A stretch of DNA of 64,000 bases from Eledone cirrhosa (lineage: Eukaryota). Location of the stretch: contig OZ024741.1 of assembly GCA_964016885.1 (NCBI GenBank), positions 145,948,001-146,012,000 of the forward strand, read 5' to 3'. The notes beneath the pieces are model-generated. The model saw nothing but the letters and a program-made list of their open reading frames with translations. It ran no database searches and was not told where the DNA came from. Positions 53,901 to 64,000 of the stretch are shown in pieces (position 1 is the stretch's first letter; each line of letters opens with the position of its first letter). Both the position numbers and the translations under genes were made by a program.

Positions 53901-56900
53901 ATCATATGTCTGGTAGACTAGTGATACTCACTTCAGTACATACCTCCATCATATGGCTGGTAGACTAGTGATACTCACTTCAGTACAGACCTCCATCATA
54001 TGTCTGGTAGTCTAGTGATCTTCACTTCAGTACAGACCTCCATCATATGTCTGGTAGTCTAGTGATCTTCACTTCAGTACATACCTCCATCATATGGCTG
54101 GTAGACTAGTGATACTCACTTCAGTACAGACCTCCATCATATGTCTGGTAGTCTAGTGATCTTCACTTCAGTACAGACCTCCATCATATGGCTGGTAGTC
54201 TAGTGATCCTCACTTCAGTAATACCTCCATCATATGTCTGGTAGTCTAGTGATCCTCACTTCAGTAATACCTCCATCATATGGCTGGTTGTCTAGTGATC
54301 CTCACTTCAGTACAGAACTCCATCATATGGCTGGTAGTCTAGTGATCCTCACTTCAGTACAGACCTCCATCTTATGTCTGGTAGTCTAGTGATCCTCACT
54401 TCAGTACAGAACTCCATCATATGGCTGGTAGTCTAGTGATCCTCACTTCAGTACAGACCTCCATCATATGGCTGGTAGTCTAGTGATCCTCACTTCAGTA
54501 ATACCTCCATCATATGGCTGGTAGTCTAGTGATCCTTACTCCAGTAATACCTCCATCATATGTCTGGTAGTCTAGTGATCCTCACTTCAGTACAGACCTC
54601 CATCATATGGCTGGTTGTCTAGTGATCCTTACTTCAGTAATACCTCCATCATATGTCTGGTAGTCTAGTGATCCTCACTTCAGTAATACTTCCATCATAT
54701 GGCTGGTAGTCTAGTGATCCTCACTTCAGTACAGACCTCCATCATATGGCTGGTTGTCTAGTGATCCTTACTTCAGTAATACCTCCATCATATGTCTGGT
54801 AGTCTAGTGATCCTCACTTCAGTAATACCTCCATCATATGGCTGGTAGTCTAGTGATCCTCACTTCAGTACAGACCTCCATCATATGGCTGGTTGTCTAG
54901 TGATCCTTACTTCAGTAATACCTCCATCATATGTCTGGTAGTCTAGTGATCCTCACTTCAGTAATACTTCCATCATATGGCTGGTAGTCTAGTGATCCTC
55001 ACTTCAGTAATACCTCCATCATATGGCTGGTTGTCTATTGATCCTTACTTCAGTAATACCTCCATCATATGGCTGGTTGTCTAGTGATCCTCACTTCAGT
55101 AATACCTCCATCATATGGCTGGTTGTCTAGTGATCCTCACTTCAGTACAGACCTCCATCATATGTCTGGTAGTCTAGTGATCCTCACTTCAGTACAGACC
55201 TCCATCATATGTCTGGTAGTCTAGTGATCCTCACTTCAGTAATACCTCCATCATATGGCTGGTAGTCTAGTGATCCTCACTTCAGTAATACCTCCATCAT
55301 ATGGCTGGTTGTCTAGTGATCCTCACTTCAGTACATACCTCCATCATCTGTCTGGTAGTCTAGTGATCCTCACTTAGGTAATACCTCCATCATCTGTCTG
55401 GTAGTCTAGTGATCCTCACTTCAGTAATACCTCCATCATATGGCTGGTAGTCTGGTGATCCTCACTTCAGTAATACCTCCATCATATGTCTGGTTGTCTA
55501 GTGATCCTCACTTCAGTACAGACCTCCATCATATGTCTGGTAGTCTAGTGATCTTCACTTCAGTACAGACCTCCATCATATGTCTGGTAGTTTAGTGATC
55601 CTCACTTCAGTACAGACCTCCATCATATGCCTGGTAGACTAGTGATACTCACTTCAGTAATACCTCCATCATATGGCTGGTAGTCTAGTGATCCTCACTT
55701 CAGTAATACCTCCATCATATGGCTGGTTGTCTAGTGATCCTCACTTCAGTACTGACCTCCATCATATGGCTGGTAGTCTAGTGATCTTCAATTCAGTAAT
55801 ACCTCCTTCATATGTCTGGTAGTCTAGTGATCCTCACTTCAGTACAGACCTCCTACATATGTCTGGTAGTCTAGTGATCCTCACTTCAGTACAGACCTCC
55901 ATCATATGTCTGGTAGCCTAGTGATCCTCACTTCAGTACAGACCTCCATCATATGGCTGGTAGTCTAGTGATCCTCACTTCAGTAATACCTCCATCATAT
56001 GTCTGGTAGTCTAGTGATCCTCACTTCAGTAATACCTCCATCATATGGCTGGTAGTCTAGTGATCCTCACTTCAGTACAGACCTCCATCATATGGCTGGT
56101 TGTCTAGTAATCCTTACTTCAGTAATACCTCCATCATATGGCTGGTAGTCTAGTGATCCTCACTTCAGTAATACCTCCATCATATGGCTGGTTGTCTAGT
56201 AATCCTTACTTCAGTAATACCTCCATCATATGGCTGGTAGTCTAGTGATCCTCACTTCAGTAATACCTCCATCATATGGCTGGTTGTCTAGTAATCCTTA
56301 CTTCAGTAATACCTCCATCATATGGCTGGTTGTCTAGTGTTCCTCACTTCAGTACATACCTCCATCATATGTCTGGTAGCCTCGTGATCATCACTTAGGT
56401 AATACCTCCATCATATGTCTGGTAGTCTAGTGATCCTCACTTCAGTAATACCTCCATCATATGGCTGGTAGTCTAGTGATCCTCACTTCAGTACATACCT
56501 CCATCATATGTCTGGTTGTCTAGTGATCCTCACTTCAGTAATACCTCCATCATATGGCTGATTGTCTAGTTTTCCTCACTTCAGTAATACCTCCATCATA
56601 TGGCTGGTTGTCTAGTGATCATCACTCCAGTAATACCTCCATCATATGTCTGGTTGTCTAGTGATCCTCACTTCAGTAATACCTCCATCATATGGCTGGT
56701 AGTCTAGTGATCCTCACTTCAGTACATACCTCCATCATATGTCTGGTTGTCTAGTGATCCTCACTTCAGTAATACCTCCATCATATGTCTGGTTGTCTAG
56801 TGATCCTCACTTCAGTAATACCTCCATCATATGGCTGGTAGTCTAGTGATCCTCACTTCAGTAATACCTCCATCATATGGCTGGTAGTCTAGTGATCCTC

Positions 56901-59900
56901 ACTTCAGTACAGACCTCCATCATATGTCTGGTTGTCTAGTGATCCTCACTTCAGTAATACCTCCATCATATGTCTGGTAGTCTAGTGATCCTCACTTCAG
57001 TAATACCTCCATCATATGTCTGGTAGTCTAGTGATCCTCACTTCAGTACAGACCTCCATCATATGTCTGGTAGTCTAGTGATCCTCACTTCAGTACAGAC
57101 CTCCATCATATGTCTGGTAGTCTAGTGATCCTCACTTCAGTAATACCTCCATCATATGGCTGGTAGTCTAGTGATCCTCACTTCAGTAATACCTCCATCA
57201 TATGGCTGGTTGTCTAGTGATCCTCACTTCAGTACATACCTCCATCATCTGTCTGGTAGTCTAGTGATCCTCACTTAGGTAATACCTCCATCATATGTCT
57301 GGTAGTCTAGTGATCCTCACTTCAGTAATACCTCCATCATATGGCTGGTAGTCTAGTGATCCTCACTTCAGTAATACCTCCATCATATGGCTGGTAGTCT
57401 AGTGATCCTCACTTCAGTAATACCTCCATCATATGTCTGGTTGTCTAGTGATCCTCACTTCAGTACAGACCTCCATCATATGTCTGGTAGTCTAGTGATC
57501 TTCACTTCAGTACAGACCTCCATCATATGTCTGGTAGTTTAGTGATCCTCACTTCAGTACAGACCTCCATCATATGCCTGGTAGACTAGTGATACTCACT
57601 TCAGTAATACCTCCATCATATGGCTGGTAGTCTAGTGATCCTCACTTCAGTAATACCTCCATCATATGGCTGGTTGTCTAGTGATCCTCACTTCAGTACA
57701 GACCTCCATCATATGGCTGGTAGTCTAGTGATCTTCAATTCAGTAATACCTCCTTCATATGTCTGGTAGTCTAGTGATCCTCACTTCAGTACAGACCTCC
57801 TACATATGTCTGGTAGTCTAATGATCCTCACTTCAGTACAGACCTCCATCATATGTCTGGTAGCCTAGTGATCCTCACTTCAGTACAGACCTCCATCATA
57901 TGGCTGGTAGTCTAGTGATCCTCACTTCAGTAATACCTCCATCATATGTCTGGTAGTCTAGTGATCCTCACTTCAGTAATACCTCCATCATATGGCTGGT
58001 AGTCTAGTGATCCTCACTTCAGTACAGACCTCCATCATATGGCTGGTTGTCTAGTAATCCTTACTTCAGTAATACCTCCATCATATGGCTGGTAGTCTAG
58101 TGATCCTCACTTCAGTAATACATCCATCATATGGCTGGTTGTCTAGTAATCCTTACTTCAGTAATACCTCCATCATATGGCTGGTAGTCTAGTGATCCTC
58201 ACTTCAGTAATACCTCCATCATATGGCTGGTTGTCTAGTAATCCTTACTTCAGTAATACCTCCATCATATGGCTGGTAGTCTACTGATCCTCACTTCAGT
58301 AATACCTCCATCATATGGCTGATAGTCTAGTGATCCTCACTTCAGTAATACCTCCATCATATGGCTGGTTGTCTAGTGATCCTCACTTCAGTAATACCTC
58401 CATCATATGGCTGGTAGTCTAGTGATCCTCACTTCAGTAATACCTCCATCATATGGCTGGTTGTCTAGTGTTCCTCACTTCAGTACATACCTCCATCATA
58501 TGTCTGGTAGCCTCGTGATCCTCACTTAGGTAATACCTCCATCATATGTCTGGTAGTCTAGTGATCCTCACTTCAGTAATACCTCCATCATATGGCTGGT
58601 AGTCTAGTGATCCTCACTTCAGTACATACCTCCATCATATGTCTGGTTGTCTAGTGATCCTCACTTCAGTAATACCTCCATCATATGGCTGATTGTCTTG
58701 TTTTCCTCACTTCAGTAATACCTCCATCATATGGCTGGTTGTCTAGTGATCATCACTCCAGTAATACCTCCATCATATGTCTGGTTGTCTAGTGATCCTC
58801 ACTTCAGTAATACCTCCATCATATGGCTGGTAGTCTAGTGATCCTCACTTCAGTACATACCTCCATCATATGTCTGGTTGTCTAGTGATCCTCACTTCAG
58901 TAATACCTCCATCATATGTCTGGTTGTCTAGTGATCCTCACTTCAGTAATACCTCCATCATATGGCTGGTAGTCTAGTGATCCTCACTTCAGTAATACCT
59001 CCATCATATGGCTGGTAGTCTAGTGATCCTCACTTCAGTACATACCTCCATCATATGTCTGGTTGTCTAGTGATCCTCACTTCAGTAATACCTCCATCAT
59101 ATGTCTGGTAGTCTAGTGATCCTCACTTCAGTAATACCTCCATCATATGTCTGGTAGTCTAGTGATCCTCACTTCAGTACAGACCTCCATCATATGTCTG
59201 GTAGTCTAGTGATCCTCACTTCAGTACAGACCTCCATCATATGTCTGGTAGTCTAGTGATCCTCACTTCAGTAATACCTCCATCATATGGCTGGTAGTCT
59301 AGTGATCCTCACTTCAGTAATACCTCCATCATATGGCTGGTAGTCTAGTGATCCTCACTTCAGTACATACCTCCATCATATGTCTGGTTGTCTAGTGATC
59401 CTCACTTCAGTAATACCTCCATCATATGTCTGGTAGTCTAGTGATCCTCACTTCAGTAATACCTCCATCATATGTCTGGTAGTCTAGTGATCCTCACTTC
59501 AGTACAGACCTCCATCATATGTCTGGTAGTCTAGTGATCTTCACTTCAGTACAGTCCTCCATCATATGTCTGGTAGTCTAGTGATCCCCACTTCAGTACA
59601 GACCTCCATCATATGTCTGGTAGTCTAGTGATCCTCACTTCAGTACAGACCTCCATCATATGTCTGGTAGTCTAGTGATCCTCACTTCAGTACAGACCTC
59701 CATCATATGCCTGGTGGACTAGTGATCCTCACTTCAGTAATACCTCCATCATATGGCTGGTAGTCTAGTGATCCTCACTTCAGTAATACCTCCATCATAT
59801 GGTTGGTAGTCTAGTGATCCTCACTTCAGTACAGACCTCCATCATATGGCTGGTAGTCTAGTGATCTTCAATTCAGTAATACCTCCTACATATGTCTGGT

Positions 59901-62900
59901 AGTCTAGTAATCCTCACTTCAGTACAGACCTCCATCATATGTCTGGTAGCCTAGTGATCCTCACTTCAGTACAGACCTTCATCATATGGCTGGTAGTCTA
60001 GTGATCCTCACTTCAGTAATACCTCCATCATATGTCTGGTAGTCTAGTGATCCTCACTTCAGTAATACCTCCATCATATGGCTGGTAGTCTAGTGATCCT
60101 CACTCCAGTAGTACCTCCATCATATGTCTGGTAGTCTAGTGATCCTCACTTCAGTACAGACCTCCATCATATGTCTGGTAGTCTAGTGATCCTTACTTCA
60201 GTAATACCTCCATCATATGGCTGATAGTCTAGTGATCCTCACTTCAGTACAGACCTCCATCATATGTCTGGTAGTCTAGTGATCCTCACTTCAGTAATAC
60301 CTCCATCATATGGCTGGTTGTCTAGTGATCCTCACTTCAGTAATACCTCCATCATATGGCTGGTAGTCTAGTGATCCTCACTTCAGTAATACCTCCATCA
60401 TATGGCTGGTTGTCTAGTGATCCTCACTTCAGTAATACCTCCATCATATGTCTGGTAGTCTAGTGATCCTCACTTCAGTACAGACCTCCATCATATGTCT
60501 GGTAGTCTAGTGATCTTCACTTCAGTACAGACCTCCATCATATGTTTAGTTGTCTAGTGATCCTCACTTCAGTAATACCTCCATCATATGTCTGGTAGTC
60601 TAGTGATCTTCACTTCAGTAATACCTCCATCATATGGCTGGTTGTCTAGTGATCCTCACTTCAGTAATACCTCCATCATATGTCTGGTAGTCTAGTGATC
60701 CTCACTTCAGTACAGACCTCCATCATATGTCTGGTAGTCTAGTGATCTTCACTTCAGTACAGTCCTCCATCATATGTCTGGTAGTCTAGTGATCCTCACT
60801 TCAGTACAGACCTCCATCATATGTCTGGTAGTCTAGTGATCCTCACTTCAGTACAGACCTCCATCATATGTCTGGTAGTCTAGTGATCTTCACTTCAGTA
60901 CAGTCCTCCATCATATGTCTGGTAGTCTAGTGATCCTCACTTCAGTAATACCTCCATCATATTTCTGTTAGTCTAGTGATCCCCACTTCAGTACATACCT
61001 CCATCATATGGCTGGTAGTCTAGTGATCCTCACTTCAGTAAATACCTCCATCATATGGCTGGTAGTCTAGTGATCCTCACTTCAGTAATACCTCCATCAT
61101 ATGGCTGGTAGTCTAGTGATCCTCACTTCAGTAATACCTCCATCATATGTCTGGTAGTCTAGTGATCCTCACTTCAGTACAGACCTCCATCATATGGCTG
61201 GTTGTCTAATAATCCTTACTTCAGTAATACCTCCATCATATGGCTGGTAGTCTAGTGATCCTCACTTCAGTAATACCTCCATCATATGGCTGGTTGTCTA
61301 GTAATCCTTACTTCAGTAATACCTCCATCATATGGCTGGTAGTCTAGTGATCCTCACTTCAGTAATACCTCCATCATATGGCTGGTAGTCTAGTGATCCT
61401 CACTTCAGTAATACCTCCATCATATGGCTGGTAGTCTAGTGATCCTCACTTCAGTAATACCTCCATCATATGGCTGGTAGTCTAGTGATCCTTACTTCAG
61501 TAATACCTCCATCATATGGCTGGTTGTCTAGTGATCCTCACTTCAGTAATACCTCCATCATATGGCTGGTAGTCTAGTGATCCTCACTTCAGTACATACC
61601 TCCATCATATGGCTGGTAGTCTAGTGATCCTCACTTCAGTACATACCTCCATCATATGGCTGGTTGTCTAGTGATCCTCACTTCAGTAATACCTCCATCA
61701 TATGTCTAGGAGTTTAGTGATCCCCACTTCAGTAATACCTCCATCATATGGCTAGTAGTCTAGTGATCCTCACTTCAGTACATACCTCCATCATATTTCT
61801 GGTAGTCTAGTGATCCCCACTTCAGTACATACCTCCATCATATGTCTGGTAGTCTAGTGATCCCCACTTCAGTACAGACCTCCATCATATGGCTGGTAGT
61901 CTAGTGATCCCCACTTAAGTAATACCTCCATCATATGTCTGGTAGTCTAGTGATCCTTACTTCAGTACAGACCTCCATCATATGGCTGGTAGTCTAGTGA
62001 TCCCCACTTCAGTACAGACCTCCATCATATGTCTGGTAGTCTTGTGATCCTCACTTCAGTAATACCTCCATCATATGTCTGGTAGTCTAGTGATCCTAAC
62101 TTCAGTACAGACCTCCATCATATGTCTGGTAGTCTTGTGATCCTCACTTCAGTAATACCTCCATCATATGTCTGGTAGTCTAGTGATCCTTACTTCAGTA
62201 CAGACCTCCATCATATGTCTGGTAGTCTTGTGATCCTCACTTCAGTAATACCTCCATCATATGGCTGGTAGTCTAGTGATCCTAACTTCAGTAATACCTC
62301 CATCATATGTCTGGTAGTCTAGTGATCCTCATTTCAGTACAGACTTCCATCATATGTCTAGTTGTCTAGTGATCCTCACTTCAGTAATACCTCCATCATA
62401 TGTCTGGTAGTCTAGTGATCCTCACTTCAGTAAAACCTCCATCATATGGCTGGTTGTCTAGTGATCCTCACTTCAGTAATACCTCCATCATATGTCTAGG
62501 AGTCTAGTGATCCTCACTTCAGTAATACCTCCATCATATGTCTGGTAGTCTAGTGATCCTCACTTCAGTAATACCTCCATCATATGGCTGGTTGTCTAGT
62601 GATCCTCACTTCAGTAATACCTCCATCATATGTCTAGGAGTCTAGTGATCCTCACTTCAGTAATACCTCCATCATATGTCAGGTAGTCTAGTGATCCTCA
62701 CTTCAGTACAGACCTCCATCATATGTATGGTTGTCTAGTGATCCCCACTTCAGTAATACCTTCATCATATGGCTGGTAGTCTAGTGATCCTCACTTCATT
62801 ACATACCTCCATCATATTTCTGGTAGTCTAGTGATCCCCACTTCAGTACATACCTCCATCATATGTCTGGTAGTCTAGTGATCCTCACTTCAGTAATACC

Positions 62901-64000
62901 TCCATCATATGTCTGGTAGTCTAGTGATCCTCACTTCAGTACAGACCTCCATCATATGTCTGGTAGTCTAGTGATCTTCACTTCAGTACAGTCCTCCATC
63001 ATATGTCTGGTTGTCTAGTGATCCCCACTTCAGTACAGACCTCCATCATATGTCTGGTAGTCTAGTGATCCTCACTTCAGTACAGACCTCCATCATATGT
63101 CTGGTAGTCTAGTGATCTTCACTTCAGTACAGACCTCCATCATATGTCTGGTAGTCTAGTGATCCTCACTTCAGTACAGACCTCCATCATATGCCTGGTG
63201 GACTAGTGATCCTCACTTCAGTAATACCTCCATCATATGGCTGGTAGTCTAGTGATCCTCACTTCAGTAATACCTCCATCATATGGTTGGTAGTCTAGTG
63301 ATCCTCACTTCAGTACAGACCTCCATCATATGGCTGGTAGTCTAGTGATCTTCAATTCAGTAATACCTCCTACATATGTCTGGTAGTGTAGTGATCCTCA
63401 CTTCAGTACAGACCTCCATCATATGTCTGGTAGCCTAGTGATCCTCACTTCAGTACAGACCTTCATCATATGGCTGGTAGTCTAGTGATCCTCACTTCAG
63501 TAATACCTCCATCATATGTCTGGTAGTCTAGTGATCCTCACTTCAGTAATACCTCCATCATATGGCTGGTAGTCTAGTGATCCTTACTCCAGTAATACCT
63601 CCATCATATGTCTGGTAGTCTAGTGATACTCACTTCAGTACAGACCTCCATCATATGTCTGGTAGTCTAGTGATCCTTACTTCAGTAATACCTCCATCAT
63701 ATGGCTGATAGTCTAGTGATCCTCACTTCAGTACAGACCTCCATCATATGTCTGGTAGTCTAGTGATCCTCACTTCAGTAATACCTCCATCATATGGCTG
63801 GTTGTCTAGTGATCATCACTCCAGTAATACCTCCATCATATGTCTGGTTGTCTAGTGATCCTCACTTCAGTAATACCTCCATCATATGGCTGGTAGTCTA
63901 GTGATCCTCACTTCAGTAATACCTCCATCATATGGCTGGTTGTCTAGTGATCCTCACTTCAGTAATACCTCCATCATATGTCTGGTAGTCTAGTGATCCT
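38961..64000. repeat. Satellite / very large minisatellite array, 46/47-bp monomer, about 540 copies, running off the window end
   Basis: Consensus CTCCATCATATG(G/T)CTGGT(A/T)GTCTAGTGAT(CC/CT/AC)TCACTTCAGTA(CAGAC/ATAC/CATAC). Single orientation, no visible insertions, no ORFs in the track. Copy number estimated as length divided by 46.5. Confidence 0.98.

Noticed and set aside
38961-64000. CRISPR array
   Set aside because: Monomers abut directly with no unique spacers, there are no cas genes, and the context is eukaryotic.
38961-64000. Repetitive protein-coding exon, or tandem hammerhead/snoRNA array (minus strand has stem-CTGA-stem and ATGATG)
   Set aside because: 46/47-bp units shift frame and contain stops, and no ORFs are listed. 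The minus strand lacks CUGANGA and GAAA, and the C/D-like boxes are incomplete and too close together.

Overview
AT-rich, microsatellite-dense eukaryotic genomic DNA. The SINE, RTE and MITE repertoire resembles a cephalopod (Octopus-like) genome; that assignment is inference. I found no supportable host protein-coding gene, and nearly all listed ORFs are low-complexity or chance frames. Positions 1-38.9 kb are a graveyard of mobile elements: tRNA-headed SINEs, RTE and CR1-like LINE fragments, an Hsmar2-like mariner and its deleted derivative, a Buster-type hAT relic, hAT and piggyBac-type MITEs, and a tRNA-Phe pseudogene. This half also holds a 5'-truncated Naiad-type Penelope-like retroelement (RT, CxCx5Cx5C knuckle, GIY-YIG) bracketed by a ~210-bp inverted repeat carrying a variant hammerhead-ribozyme fold, plus several (TA)n-anchored palindromes and other hammerhead-like relics. 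From ~38.96 kb to the window end is an uninterrupted ~25-kb tandem array of a 46/47-bp, ~47% GC monomer (roughly 540 copies). It varies mainly at a few discrete sites and contains multi-monomer block duplications. All alignments and counts were made by eye.
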